The notes below the pieces were generated by a model. The model worked only from the letters and a program-made list of their open reading frames with translations, was not told the DNA's origin and made no database searches. A stretch of DNA of 64,000 nt from an uncultured virus (IMG/VR IMGVR_UViG_3300029288_000091) (lineage: Duplodnaviria; Heunggongvirae; Uroviricota; Caudoviricetes), in the IMG/VR virus record IMGVR_UViG_3300029288_000091; one strand, given 5' to 3'. Shown here in pieces: positions 9,986 through 20,538 of the stretch. The position numbers were made by a program, and so were the translations under genes. Every line of letters starts with the position of its first letter. The stretch's first letter is position 1.

Positions 9986-12814
9986 ATGATATCTAGATTC
10001 GAAAATATCAAAAATTTATATCGCCAAGTTATAGCTTCTGAACTTGTAAGCTCAGCTGACGATCATAAGTCAAAAGAAGAAGAATACCTTAAAGGATTAT
10101 CCGAAGGTCTTTTAACTGAAGAAACAAAGTCTACAAAACCTACTGCTACTCCAAAAGGGAAATCAGAGGAAAAATTTATTCCTCTCGAAGAACTTGGAAA
10201 ACAATTAGGTGGAGCCACACCTCTAAAGAAAACCCCAATATTTCCACATAGAGAAAAAGGTAAAACTTTAGACTTAACACTTCCAGACGAAATGGAAACA
10301 ACAAAATTTACTCCTGGCGCTATAAAAGGGAAAGTATGTGATATTTGTGGAAAATTTAATTTTCCAGCCTGGAGAAAAGAGTGTTCATATTGTAAACGCA
10401 CATATAACTTTATGCGCGATTTAGTTGACTTCAAGGGTCTTACTCCAGCCAAAGCTGCTAAAGCAATTGCCGGCGGCCAAACAAGAGTTCCAACAGAAGA
10501 AGAATTTGCTGGTGTTATAACCTCTCCAGAGCGCCTTCCTGTTAAAAAGAAGCATTATTTAACAGAAGATCAACTAAAAGAAATTTGGATGAAAGGCGGA
10601 AAAATTATGCTTCCAGATCTACCAGAAACATTGGACCAACGTTTTGAAGATAAAAAGGGACTTATTGGTGTTCCAAATATAATAAAAATGCAGAACGCCT
10701 TAGAAACTCAACTCAATGTACAAACAATTGATAAAGAAGTTTTCGATCCAAAAACTGGACAAACTTTTAAAACAAAAGATGTATATTATAATACTGAAGG
10801 TGAGCCTGTTCCAATTAAATACTCTGAGCGCGATTTTTTCAGTATTGCTGATATTGCAAAAAAATTAAAACTTGATGTAACTGGTGTTCTAAAAGCAATT
10901 ACCAATTATAATGAAGCACAAGGATTAAAACCAAATGATCCAAAAGCAATACGACCAGTTAGATATTACGATGAATTAAACCAAATTTTTAGTTGGAAAA
11001 ACAGTATTGAGCCAGTATTTAAAGATAGAATCAAAGAAGTATATAAAATGTTTAAAAATACATACCTCTCAAACTTATCACAAAGAAAAGAAAAGTTAGA
11101 TGAGGATATTCTAAAATTAGAACTTTCTGTAAATATGATAACAAACAATAAAAATAAAATCCAAGAAAATATTGAAAAACATTCTGATAGAAAAGCATTA
11201 GCCACTCTTTTTAAACTACGCCAAGATACCAGCGAATTATTTAATAAAATAAACGAACTTAAGGGAGAACCAACAAAAAGGAATGCCCTAATTGATAAAC
11301 TTAATAAAATTAACGAAACAAAAGAACCATTAGAAAGCAAATATGGAAAAGATTTAAATACATTTATACAAAAAATGAAAGAAACTACTGATGAATTAAT
11401 GAGGATTAGCAAACGAATTAAAAGAATGAAACAATCCAGAGATAATATTATTACAGAAGCAAGAAATTATATTGATGCTGTAGGAAAACCTGGACAAATT
11501 CCAGAAGAACTTAAACCAGCAGATTTACAAAAAGCTCAAACTGGGCATTCTGCTCCAGTTAATGGGGATATTGATTTAGAAGAACTTGGAACAAAACTTA
11601 CTGGTAAGAAAAAAGCATATCAATTAAATTCATTTCTTAAAATAGCTGACGATCCAGATAAAATTGATAAGTTGCCAGGACAACTAGAACTCCCTTTTAG
11701 TGAATTCGATCCAACTGGTAGAAAAGAAAAAGCTCTCAAAACAATATTTCGAGACTTAACACCAGAAGAATTAGAAAAAAGGAAAATCCGAGTTAAAATT
11801 ATAATGAAAGGAAAATTAACACGAGAAGAAGCCGAAGACCGTTTGGATGCTTCTAATGACCTACTAACTAACGAGGAGAATTTAACTCCAAAGCAGAAAA
11901 TAGAACGTCAAAATAAAATTAGAAAACTTATGGAAGAACACCCAACAGAAGAAGAAGCTATTTCTCGTTTAGATGCTATAGAATCTTCAAAACCTCTACC
12001 AATGAAAGAAAAACAAATGATAGAACACAAAAAAGAACTTTCTGGCGATATCTATAAAGAGCAGGAATGCCCATTTTGTAAAAAGAACAAAATAATAAAG
12101 GATTCAGATCGCTGTACAAGTTGTGGATTTATATCTGTTCCAAACAGAAAAGATGTTGTTGTAGAGAAAACACAGTTTAAACTAGTATATGACAAAGATG
12201 GAAATTCTATTCCAAAACTCGATACTGATGGAAACCAAATGATTGATATACATGGAAACTCAATATTTAAAAAGCGTCCAGAAAAACAGTATAGTTTGGT
12301 CTCTATTCAATTTGATGATCTTGGCCAACCAAAATGGGCACAAGCTAGAAAAGTATCAGCTACTACTCCAGATATTGGTACAAAAACCAAAGAAGAAAAA
12401 GAAAAGTTTTATGAGAGAATGGGCAAAGAGAATCCAAAAATTAGAGAAATAAAACCATTAACAAAAACTCCAGAAGATTTTCGTCCAATTTATAATTGGA
12501 TTATAGATGAAAAAACAAAAACAGAGAAAAAGGTTGATTCCGGTAAAAAAGAACATAAACAAAAATGTAAAGGTTGTCCAGATCCTTGGGTTAAAGTTAA
12601 ACCAGAACAATTTAGCGAATTTCCAGTTATTGAAGAAGCCTACAAGTTTATAAAAGGTGACAAACTAAATGAAAATACAAAAGCTTGGTTATTCCAAAAT
12701 ATTTATCAACCTAAAGAAGAAAAAATAGATAAGCAAAAATCATTTGAACCAACAATTCTTCCAATAGGCTCAAGCCGATTTGAACAAATCCTAAAACTTT
12801 CTAAAATGCCTTAA
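9986..12814 (+). CDS. large Lys/Glu-rich hypothetical protein with CxxC pairs and coiled coil
   Basis: 942-aa ORF with AGGAG RBS and downstream terminator. Confidence 0.85.
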   Translation: MISRFENIKNLYRQVIASELVSSADDHKSKEEEYLKGLSEGLLTEETKSTKPTATPKGKSEEKFIPLEELGKQLGGATPLKKTPIFPHREKGKTLDLTLPDEMETTKFTPGAIKGKVCDICGKFNFPAWRKECSYCKRTYNFMRDLVDFKGLTPAKAAKAIAGGQTRVPTEEEFAGVITSPERLPVKKKHYLTEDQLKEIWMKGGKIMLPDLPETLDQRFEDKKGLIGVPNIIKMQNALETQLNVQTIDKEVFDPKTGQTFKTKDVYYNTEGEPVPIKYSERDFFSIADIAKKLKLDVTGVLKAITNYNEAQGLKPNDPKAIRPVRYYDELNQIFSWKNSIEPVFKDRIKEVYKMFKNTYLSNLSQRKEKLDEDILKLELSVNMITNNKNKIQENIEKHSDRKALATLFKLRQDTSELFNKINELKGEPTKRNALIDKLNKINETKEPLESKYGKDLNTFIQKMKETTDELMRISKRIKRMKQSRDNIITEARNYIDAVGKPGQIPEELKPADLQKAQTGHSAPVNGDIDLEELGTKLTGKKKAYQLNSFLKIADDPDKIDKLPGQLELPFSEFDPTGRKEKALKTIFRDLTPEELEKRKIRVKIIMKGKLTREEAEDRLDASNDLLTNEENLTPKQKIERQNKIRKLMEEHPTEEEAISRLDAIESSKPLPMKEKQMIEHKKELSGDIYKEQECPFCKKNKIIKDSDRCTSCGFISVPNRKDVVVEKTQFKLVYDKDGNSIPKLDTDGNQMIDIHGNSIFKKRPEKQYSLVSIQFDDLGQPKWAQARKVSATTPDIGTKTKEEKEKFYERMGKENPKIREIKPLTKTPEDFRPIYNWIIDEKTKTEKKVDSGKKEHKQKCKGCPDPWVKVKPEQFSEFPVIEEAYKFIKGDKLNENTKAWLFQNIYQPKEEKIDKQKSFEPTILPIGSSRFEQILKLSKMP

Positions 12815-12833
12815 TTTTAAACTTAACTTATTA

Positions 12834-12863
12834 AAAAAGGCGGTGGATATCCACCGCCTTTTT
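12834..12863. terminator. bidirectional intrinsic terminator
   Basis: Perfect palindrome AAAAAGGCGGTGGATATCCACCGCCTTTTT between convergent genes. Confidence 0.9.
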
Positions 12864-12917
12864 ATTTCTTTTTATCTGTATTCTGTTTTTTATCTTCTAA
12901 TATCTTTTTAAGTTTAT

Positions 12918-13091
12918 CTACGCTACACCTGGGAATGCTAATCCAATAGGTGGATACTTTCTTTCAATCATAAGTAATTTCGATCCATCAGGAGACTCTA
13001 CTATTCCTACCGCTGCTACTCTTGGTGTTACTATTTTCTTCTTCCAATCTTCTTCTTTTTCTTTAGCATTTATGTAAAAACTATTATCCAA
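12918..13091 (-). pseudogene. truncated Nudix hydrolase N-terminus
   Basis: AGGAGG RBS + TTG; TPRVAAVGIVE..KLLMIERKYPPIGLAFPG then stop, at the point where the Nudix box would begin. Confidence 0.6.
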
Positions 13092-13137
13092 GATTGAGTT
13101 CCTCCTATATACTATAATATAGGTTTATTAAATAATA

Positions 13138-14451
13138 TTATAAGATCCCTCGGTTTTCAATTATTAACTTATTTTCGAATTTCAAAAAGTCAAGTTTCAT
13201 ATCGTTCAACCAAAAACAATAATCGCGCCACGGTTCCGGTATTATAGACCGAGATAGTGACATAACTGCGACTGGCACCCAATCAGACTTTGCAGGGTGG
13301 CGTTTCAGTTTCATATTAGCCTGTGCTGGAGTTCTATTCCGTTTTTTGTCGTTACAATCTGAACAGCATGCAACTATGTTTTCCCAACATGTTGTGCCAC
13401 CTTGTGCCCTAGGAATAACGTGATCAAGAGTAAGCTCACTTGATGAAAAATTTTTTCCACAATTATGATGTGGAAAACCATCAACAATTAAAGTAGAAGA
13501 AGTAGTTTGAACTTTAGCAATATCCATTTTTCCTATTAATTCAACAGAAACTACTCGATGAATATTATTTGATTTAACTATTCCTAATAAACTGGGAGAA
13601 AATTTCTCAAGCAATCTATTTGGCCTAATTTGTCCAAGAAACCTTGCATTTTCAGAAATTCCACCACAAATTAAAATTCTCTCACAAGGTCTACCTTTAT
13701 TTATTATAGAAGAAGATATATTAAAATTTCTAGAAATTAATTCATTTTTAATAATATCTGAAATTATACCGGGATTTTGTCCTATTCCTGTATTTACTCC
13801 ATTTCTATAATCTATTATCCACCCTTCTCCATCATATATTCCAGCAAGCCAACCTGCTTCACGAGAGTTTTCGGTTTTCCAAACATCAAATAATTTTGGA
13901 ACATATTTACCAAGAATATTATTGGTATTAAACCATTTTAATTTTGCTTTTGGTATAGTTTTACCTAACCACAAGTGGTCAGCAGTTACTTTGAATTTAG
14001 TATCATCGTCTAGAGTAACAACATATACCTCTTCTTTATCTAAAACGCAAGATTCTACTATTGCTTCACAAAATTTTCTGGCATGTTTAAAGTTACTATT
14101 TTCTTCAAATGCGGTCAGTTTATCTCCCACACTCAAATCTCCTAATGGAACCCATCTCAAATCGCTTGTTAATACAAGATGATCTGGTGTCAAGCAATAT
14201 TGACAACGCCAGCGATCCCTAGCCCATATATTTTTACGATTAAACTTTATTCTTTTTCTTGGCCTATTAAACATACCATTTAGTCTAATAACTACAGGCA
14301 TCTTAAAAGCTATTTTTGATGTTCGCACAAATTTATCATCATACTCTCTGACTATTTCCGTCTTATCTAAAAAAATCAATCTAATAGCTTCTTTCCAATC
14401 TATAATTTCGATTGGTTCATAACTCTGATTTAGCTTAAGAACTTTTGCCAT
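13138..14451 (-). CDS. HNH endonuclease (McrA-like) containing an intein
   Basis: VLKLNQSYEP, RDRWRCQY/CG, LTLDHVIP..GG..WENIVACC..CN. Confidence 0.9.
   Translation of the reverse strand: MAKVLKLNQSYEPIEIIDWKEAIRLIFLDKTEIVREYDDKFVRTSKIAFKMPVVIRLNGMFNRPRKRIKFNRKNIWARDRWRCQYCLTPDHLVLTSDLRWVPLGDLSVGDKLTAFEENSNFKHARKFCEAIVESCVLDKEEVYVVTLDDDTKFKVTADHLWLGKTIPKAKLKWFNTNNILGKYVPKLFDVWKTENSREAGWLAGIYDGEGWIIDYRNGVNTGIGQNPGIISDIIKNELISRNFNISSSIINKGRPCERILICGGISENARFLGQIRPNRLLEKFSPSLLGIVKSNNIHRVVSVELIGKMDIAKVQTTSSTLIVDGFPHHNCGKNFSSSELTLDHVIPRAQGGTTCWENIVACCSDCNDKKRNRTPAQANMKLKRHPAKSDWVPVAVMSLSRSIIPEPWRDYCFWLNDMKLDFLKFENKLIIENRGIL
13462..14196 (-). mobile_element. intein (245 aa) with LAGLIDADG motif
   Basis: N-terminal CLTPD, block B TADH, WLAGIYDGEG, C-terminal HHN followed by Cys. 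Confidence 0.9.
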
Positions 14452-14463
14452 GATTTTACCTTT

Positions 14464-15516
14464 CTATAGTATGCCGTGCGGTAGGCTCTCTTTATATCCA
14501 GCAGAAGTAATTTTTATAAACTCTGCGTTTTCTTTTAGCTCAGTTAAGTTCTTTGCATCTTGATAACTCATACCAGAAAGAATACCAGTAATCAATTCTT
14601 CAAACACATATCTAACCTGCCCCTTATATGGCAAAAACATCATTTCTCCCTCAACAGATGATGCATATCCTTTCCAATTTTCCTGGGCATCTTTAGAGGC
14701 CATTCCGCGATATTTCTTTTCAATGCCCTTCTTTCCTCTTATTTTTTCTCCAGGAGCTTCTTCAGTACCAGCAAATAAATTTCCAATCATAACTGCATCA
14801 GCACCTGCGGCAAAACTTTTTACTATATCACCACTATAACGTATGCCACCATCGGCAATAATTGTTGGCTTAAAATTCAACACCTTATCGATACAGAAAT
14901 CTTCAAGTGCGCGTCTTGCTTCTATGATGGCGGTCATCTGTGGTACTCCACACCCAGTTTGAATTCTCGTAGTACAAAGACTACCAGGGCCTACACCAAC
15001 TTTTACAGAACAAACTCCAGCATTTAATAATTCAAGAACACCATCATAAGTTGCCACATTACCAGCTATAATTGGAACACTACAAACATCTTTAATACGT
15101 TTTATTTGTTTTAGCATAACTTCAGAGTGGCCATGAGCTATATCTATTAAAAGAGCGTTAATTTTTACTAATTGAAATATAGTTTGAAACCTTAAAAATT
15201 CTTCTTTACCAACTCCAATACACAATACTTTATTTCCAGATATATTTTTAAGCAAATCAATATGATTTTCAATACTTAAAAACCTATGAACAATCCCAAT
15301 GCCACCAAGACTTTCCATTTCTTTAGCCATGGCATCTTCTGTAACTGTATCCATATTTGCAGAAATTATCGGATACTTTAGAACAATATCTGGAACCAAC
15401 ACTGTTGTAAGGTCTACCTCTCCTGAAAACCTACTCGAGATGGAAGACTTCTGTGGTATAAGTAAGACATCATCAAAAGATAAACCAACATTATCAAGTA
15501 TTTTCATATTAATCAT
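14464..15516 (-). CDS. guaB: IMP dehydrogenase / GMP reductase family, CBS-less
   Basis: SFDDVLL, SANMDTVTE, GPGSLCTTR, IIADGG, YRGMAS. Confidence 0.88.
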   Translation of the reverse strand: MINMKILDNVGLSFDDVLLIPQKSSISSRFSGEVDLTTVLVPDIVLKYPIISANMDTVTEDAMAKEMESLGGIGIVHRFLSIENHIDLLKNISGNKVLCIGVGKEEFLRFQTIFQLVKINALLIDIAHGHSEVMLKQIKRIKDVCSVPIIAGNVATYDGVLELLNAGVCSVKVGVGPGSLCTTRIQTGCGVPQMTAIIEARRALEDFCIDKVLNFKPTIIADGGIRYSGDIVKSFAAGADAVMIGNLFAGTEEAPGEKIRGKKGIEKKYRGMASKDAQENWKGYASSVEGEMMFLPYKGQVRYVFEELITGILSGMSYQDAKNLTELKENAEFIKITSAGYKESLPHGIL

Positions 15517-15793
15517 TTTTTACAAGTTGTTTCCACCCGCGTTCTTCTTTTATAAAGACATATCTATTATTTGTGCTAACTATATTAACGATAGAACGTG
15601 GTCTAATATTTGCCACAAATACAACAAAAGTATCACCCTCGTCTTTTATAACATCATATAATCCAGACGCCATGTAACCAAAGTATTTAGAATCTGTAAA
15701 AAGTTGTCCATCTACAAATACTAAAAAATTTTCTAGTACTGCTTCTGGCAACAAAAGAGCGCTCCATATTTGTTTAAAAGTAAAATTATTCAT
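15509..15793 (-). CDS. hypothetical protein
   Basis: ORF in overlapping run. Confidence 0.55.
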   Translation of the reverse strand: MNNFTFKQIWSALLLPEAVLENFLVFVDGQLFTDSKYFGYMASGLYDVIKDEGDTFVVFVANIRPRSIVNIVSTNNRYVFIKEERGWKQLVKND

Positions 15794-16032
15794 TTTTTCC
15801 TCTTTTCTTTATCTATTTCCAAACTATTATTAGAGTCTTCTAATCGCTGTTTTAAAACACTTGAAACAGTTAGGAAAAAGCCAGCTATCACGATAGTTAT
15901 AAAAGTTGATATATCAACTACTATCTTAGTAATAGCTACAAGCTTAAGTAAATCAAGCGTAATAATAAAAAAGCAAAACAATAATAACAGATATGAAAGA
16001 ATGAAACAAGCTGTCAAAAATTTATTATTCAC
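15790..16032 (-). CDS. small membrane protein
   Basis: Two hydrophobic segments. Confidence 0.5.
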   Translation of the reverse strand: MNNKFLTACFILSYLLLLFCFFIITLDLLKLVAITKIVVDISTFITIVIAGFFLTVSSVLKQRLEDSNNSLEIDKEKRKK

Positions 16033-16041
16033 AAAACCTCA

Positions 16042-17061
16042 TTAAAGACGTAACCCATTGAAAATCATATGCACTTTGGGGGTTTTTCCATATGGAACCA
16101 TATTGATTAAATCTGAGTAATGGCACATATTATAAAATTTTCTGTCTACACCATCTCTATCGACATAATTTAAAGCATATTTAACTGCCATATCATTTAT
16201 AATATTAAATATTTGTGATGGAATATTAAACACTTCGATCTCCCTAACCATTGCATGGCTTGTCTTAATCTCTGCTATATATGGGTTATCATCCTCTTCT
16301 AACCATTTAGTAAATTCATCATACGGTTTTTGTTTCTTATCATATCCATATATATTACACCACAACATAGCTTTACCAATATCTTTGGCTGAAAAATTAT
16401 AAATATAGTTGGACCCAAAATAATTTGAACTATATGTTTTATTTCCACATATTTTAATAGTAGAAACCCAACCGAGAAAGATTGCCTTTTTACTAGATTT
16501 GTTTTCGTATAAACCACCAACTTTAAGTTCTTTGGTTCCTACCTTTTTTAAATTTCGACGCTCACCAGCTTTATTTAATTCGCTGTGTAGTTCAGAACCA
16601 ACCCTAACTAATTTCATTTGAGAACCAACCTTACCCCAAACAAACGAGCCACCTAACTCTCCACCTTTAAATATTCCTTCATTTAGAATTGTATCTAAAA
16701 GTACTTCTTCTTTTAGATCGAAATAGTAACCATCTGAAGTAATAATTTTATATACTCTGCCACTATTGCCTCTATGTTCCAAACCTAATACTTTCACTCC
16801 AGTAATTGGAGTATTTTCAACTTCTTCTATTTTTAATTCATTTCTACGCACATATGTGCAACTTTCAGTATTATAATCAGAAAGCCTTTCTGCCCATTGT
16901 TTTGCGCTCTTTACCATGTTTGCGCTTGAACTATCAACGGCATATGCTTTTGTAACCAATAAATCAACTTCTTTATTTCCCAGATCCCACCAGCGATACG
17001 GTTTGGATTTTCCATTAGAAACTATGGTAATATTTTCTGGTATTGAACCGTTTTTTATCAT
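16042..17061 (-). CDS. hypothetical protein
   Basis: 339-aa ORF with RBS. Confidence 0.75.
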   Translation of the reverse strand: MIKNGSIPENITIVSNGKSKPYRWWDLGNKEVDLLVTKAYAVDSSSANMVKSAKQWAERLSDYNTESCTYVRRNELKIEEVENTPITGVKVLGLEHRGNSGRVYKIITSDGYYFDLKEEVLLDTILNEGIFKGGELGGSFVWGKVGSQMKLVRVGSELHSELNKAGERRNLKKVGTKELKVGGLYENKSSKKAIFLGWVSTIKICGNKTYSSNYFGSNYIYNFSAKDIGKAMLWCNIYGYDKKQKPYDEFTKWLEEDDNPYIAEIKTSHAMVREIEVFNIPSQIFNIINDMAVKYALNYVDRDGVDRKFYNMCHYSDLINMVPYGKTPKVHMIFNGLRL

Positions 17062-17070
17062 TTTTAAACC

Positions 17071-17988
17071 TCAACTTAATAACATTTTAAGTAGAGCCAT
17101 ACGAGTATATAAGCCATTTTCGGCTTGCTTAAAATACTTTGCTCTATGATTATCATCCACTCCATATCTAATTTCATCAACTCTAGGCAATGGGTGTAGA
17201 ATAATAGAATCAGTTTTCATTTCATTTGCTAGTTCTCTAGTTACAACTAGTTTTCCTTTTGATGCCTCGTATCCTTCTGGAATTTCGAATCGTTCCCGCT
17301 GAATACGCGTCTGATATAAAACATCAATTTGATCTATAATTCCACAAAAGTCATCTGCTTGGTAAAACTTTACATTATGTCTACCCATATAATCGATAAT
17401 TTCTTTTGGCATTGTTAAATTATTTGGGGCAATTAAATACAGCGTAATATTATCAAATTTACCCAGTAAATAAGCTAGTGAGTGTACTGTTCTTCCGTGT
17501 TTGAGATCTCCGACTAGTGCCACACTAAGACCATCTATATTGCCAATCTCATCATAAATTGTAAATAAATCTAGGAGGGATTGAGTAGGATGCTGCCCAC
17601 TTCCATCTCCACCATTAATAATTGGAACTCTAGACACATGGGCTGCACGAGCAGCGCCACCTTCTTCATGATATCTTAGAACTATACAATCACAATAACT
17701 ATCTAAAACCCTGATTGTATCTTCTAGAATCTCGCCTTTTGCCGCTGAAGAAAATAATTTAGCACTTGCGGTAGAAATAACAGTGGCCCCAAGTCTCATA
17801 GCTGCTGCCTCGAAAGATAAACGTGTACGAGTAGACTCTTCATAAAAAAGAGTAGCAACTATACGACCAATAAGAAGTTGATCAGCCTTTTTCCCTTGTG
17901 TCATTTTTTTCATTTCATTCACAGAATTAAAAAACTCTAAAAGAAATTCTCTGGTAAAATTTTGCGTCTTAATTATATGTTGCGGCAT
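17071..17988 (-). CDS. pyrB: aspartate carbamoyltransferase catalytic subunit
   Basis: FYEESTRTRLSFE, HPTQSLLD, GDLKHGRTVHSL, HPLPR. Confidence 0.96.
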   Translation of the reverse strand: MPQHIIKTQNFTREFLLEFFNSVNEMKKMTQGKKADQLLIGRIVATLFYEESTRTRLSFEAAAMRLGATVISTASAKLFSSAAKGEILEDTIRVLDSYCDCIVLRYHEEGGAARAAHVSRVPIINGGDGSGQHPTQSLLDLFTIYDEIGNIDGLSVALVGDLKHGRTVHSLAYLLGKFDNITLYLIAPNNLTMPKEIIDYMGRHNVKFYQADDFCGIIDQIDVLYQTRIQRERFEIPEGYEASKGKLVVTRELANEMKTDSIILHPLPRVDEIRYGVDDNHRAKYFKQAENGLYTRMALLKMLLS

Positions 17989-17999
17989 TATTCCTCCAA

Positions 18000-18266
18000 T
18001 TAATTTAGTATATTGCCACCCTTATCATCGTCTTTCTTATTAATTATTTTATAAATCTCTTCTTCTTGGGTTTTCAATATTTTATTAATTTTACTAGCAA
18101 TTTGCACAATACCCATATAAAAAACTGCTCTTATATCTTGTGGAGAATTTACTACAGTAAAAACTAAAGCAGCTAGCTTTTCTATTTCAATATCTTCAAT
18201 TAAATACGAACTCTTATATTCTTGTAGTAGTTTTTTTATTTCTTCATAAAGTTTTTCGTCTCTCAT
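18000..18266 (-). CDS. hypothetical protein
   Basis: ORF in run. Confidence 0.55.
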   Translation of the reverse strand: MRDEKLYEEIKKLLQEYKSSYLIEDIEIEKLAALVFTVVNSPQDIRAVFYMGIVQIASKINKILKTQEEEIYKIINKKDDDKGGNILN

Positions 18267-18268
18267 CT

Positions 18269-18739
18269 TTATCCTTCAATCCACCACGGCTCTACGCGGT
18301 TTTTCCAATAAAACAAATGTTTCTTTTCTCCATTATAGTAATTACGATAAGAATCAACCACACTATCTACTTTATATTTATCTGGTATGGCTTTAACAAA
18401 GTCTGTAAGACCTATGTCACGAATATTTGGTATATTATTACTACACCACTCTATTACTGTTTGACAGGCATGTTTCTTTTTATATCTAAAAGTATATTCT
18501 TTACATAATTCCAGACTAAAATCTATCAACCAAATATAATTAGATAATGATAAAACAACCCATTTTGTAACGGGATGATATTGATGAGTTAATTTATATG
18601 GAACTAATAAATTAGACTTAAATAAATGATGGACATTACACAATAATTGTGCTCCCTCAAGTGGCATCTTAACAATATGACGATCAGTATGATATTGAGC
18701 CGCTAGTGATTTATTATCATCAAGAATAAATATATTCAT
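18269..18739 (-). CDS. pyrimidine-dimer DNA glycosylase / endonuclease V-like protein
   Basis: MNIFILD..HIVKMPLE.AQLL..HP...W..EY..RY.K.H. Confidence 0.75.
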   Translation of the reverse strand: MNIFILDDNKSLAAQYHTDRHIVKMPLEGAQLLCNVHHLFKSNLLVPYKLTHQYHPVTKWVVLSLSNYIWLIDFSLELCKEYTFRYKKKHACQTVIEWCSNNIPNIRDIGLTDFVKAIPDKYKVDSVVDSYRNYYNGEKKHLFYWKNRVEPWWIEG

Positions 18740-19112
18740 AATCTCTTTCCAATAAAATTAATTTATATATGTATTTAAGACAAAAAATGTGGGCATACCA
18801 AATCTTGTGATTTCAGTAGCCCACATTTTTTATATGTCAGAAAACTTACGTTGTTTTAAAAAGTCACGTTCAGATTCTTCAACTTTGCTTGCTTCTAACT
18901 TGCCATATACTTTAACGACGCGCCAAGGGCCATCAAATTTGCCATTCTCTTTTTTGATGTTTACCAATTTGCCAATGTGAGAAAATTTCTCTGGAATCCA
19001 AGCAGTATCTATATACTCTCCATTTTCTGTTAATTTCCTAAGTTCACACTGGCAATAAAACTCTTTTTTGTTGTATTAATACACTCCCAAAAACTTTTCC
19101 ACAAATCACCTC

Positions 19113-19310
19113 TTAATCATCATAATAAATTGGCCAGTTATAAATAGTAACCTTTTCTTCATCGTCATCGTCAGAAATTATTGGTTTAATATCTTTTCTG
19201 AAATTTTGACACTCTTTATTTGTACAATAAAAAGCAAAAACAGCATCCTCTCCCTTAGAGCCACATATGGGACAGCGAGTTAGTTTTTTCATTATAATGT
19301 AAGCCTCCAA
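19113..19310 (-). CDS. small zinc-ribbon protein
   Basis: CPICG..CTNKEC. Confidence 0.5.
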   Translation of the reverse strand: MEAYIIMKKLTRCPICGSKGEDAVFAFYCTNKECQNFRKDIKPIISDDDDEEKVTIYNWPIYYDD

Positions 19311-19504
19311 AGATACTTACATTATAATGAATATTTATTGACAGAGTTTATCCCTTTGGAACGAGCGGGCCTTATCATATTTTAACTTTATATCGTTTTT
19401 ACCAACACAATCTAATGAACAAATAGATAATATTACATATCTTCCATCTGAATATGGACCAGCATAACGAATACATACTTTTTCTTTAACATTCTTTTTT
19501 TTGT

Positions 19505-19753
19505 TTATTCTTTTTCATATATCAACTTTCTCTTTTCTATTTTGTCCATCTTTTTTATTTGAGCTTCTCTTTTAGAAGCTTCACTTCTTGATTCATGTTC
19601 TTCTGTCCACACTAATTTAAGCGGTCTATGTGCTTTTGCCCATTTAGCACCACGCTTTGATGTATTATGCTCTTTAATGCGGCGAGCTGTATTGGTAGTA
19701 ATTCCACAGTACAATTGTCCATCACAACCTTGTGCTAAATATACAAACCACAT
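19505..19753 (-). CDS. small GIY-YIG nuclease (UPF0213-like)
   Basis: FVY..LYCGIT..RRIKEHN..RPLKLV..SEASKRE. Confidence 0.85.
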   Translation of the reverse strand: MWFVYLAQGCDGQLYCGITTNTARRIKEHNTSKRGAKWAKAHRPLKLVWTEEHESRSEASKREAQIKKMDKIEKRKLIYEKE

Positions 19754-20361
19754 TATAACATCTCTTTTGTAAAATCTTGAGTCTCAAGGAAATATTTCAT
19801 CTTTCTAATAGCTAAACCACGATGACTTATTTTATTTTTTTCTTCATCGGAAAGTTCAGCAAATGTTTTTCCTAGTTCTGGAAGATAAAAAATACTATCA
19901 TACTGTAATCCCGGCTTCGCTATTCCTTTTGGAACCTTTAAAATTTCGCCACGGCAGTGGCCACCAAAAAACGTATCATCTCCATACGGCTTTTTACAAA
20001 AAGCAATACAGCAGACAAATTGGGCATTGCGATTCATATGTTCTCTTAGTTTATCTAAAACAAAATCTCTTTTCTGCTCATCAGTAGCATTTTCTCCAGC
20101 ACAACGGGCAGAATTTATACCCGGAAAACCACCAAGAATGTCTATTTCCAAACCACTATCATCGGCAATTGCTGGCAAACCAGTTATTTCACAAACGGCT
20201 CGTGCCTTTAATACCGCATTTACAAAAAATGATCTTTCAGTTTCTTCGATATCTGGAATATCAAATTTAGACATTGGAACAAATTCAATACCAGGTACAC
20301 ATAACATTTCAGATAATTCAACAAGCTTCCCTTTATTTTTTGTAGCTAATACTATTCTCAT
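19753..20361 (-). CDS. rdgB: non-canonical purine NTP pyrophosphatase (Ham1/RdgB)
   Basis: ATKNKGK, ADDSGL, PGINSAR, KNKISHRG. Confidence 0.93.
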   Translation of the reverse strand: MRIVLATKNKGKLVELSEMLCVPGIEFVPMSKFDIPDIEETERSFFVNAVLKARAVCEITGLPAIADDSGLEIDILGGFPGINSARCAGENATDEQKRDFVLDKLREHMNRNAQFVCCIAFCKKPYGDDTFFGGHCRGEILKVPKGIAKPGLQYDSIFYLPELGKTFAELSDEEKNKISHRGLAIRKMKYFLETQDFTKEML

Positions 20362-20538
20362 CTGCCCACCAAATCTGTTAGTTTCATTTATCATCACTTT
20401 TTAAAACATTTTTCATTGTTATTTCTAGCACATATGCTATAAAATCTCTATCTAATAATATCTAACAATATTTAACAATATCTTATGTTCTCTTACATAG
20501 TGTGAGAGTTTTTTTCTGTCCAAACATATATTCCATCA

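Noticed and set aside
16216..16226. 11-nt match (TGATGGAATAT) to the MITE-derived guide
   Set aside because: Short, AT-rich and not preceded by the TGAC TAM; likely chance
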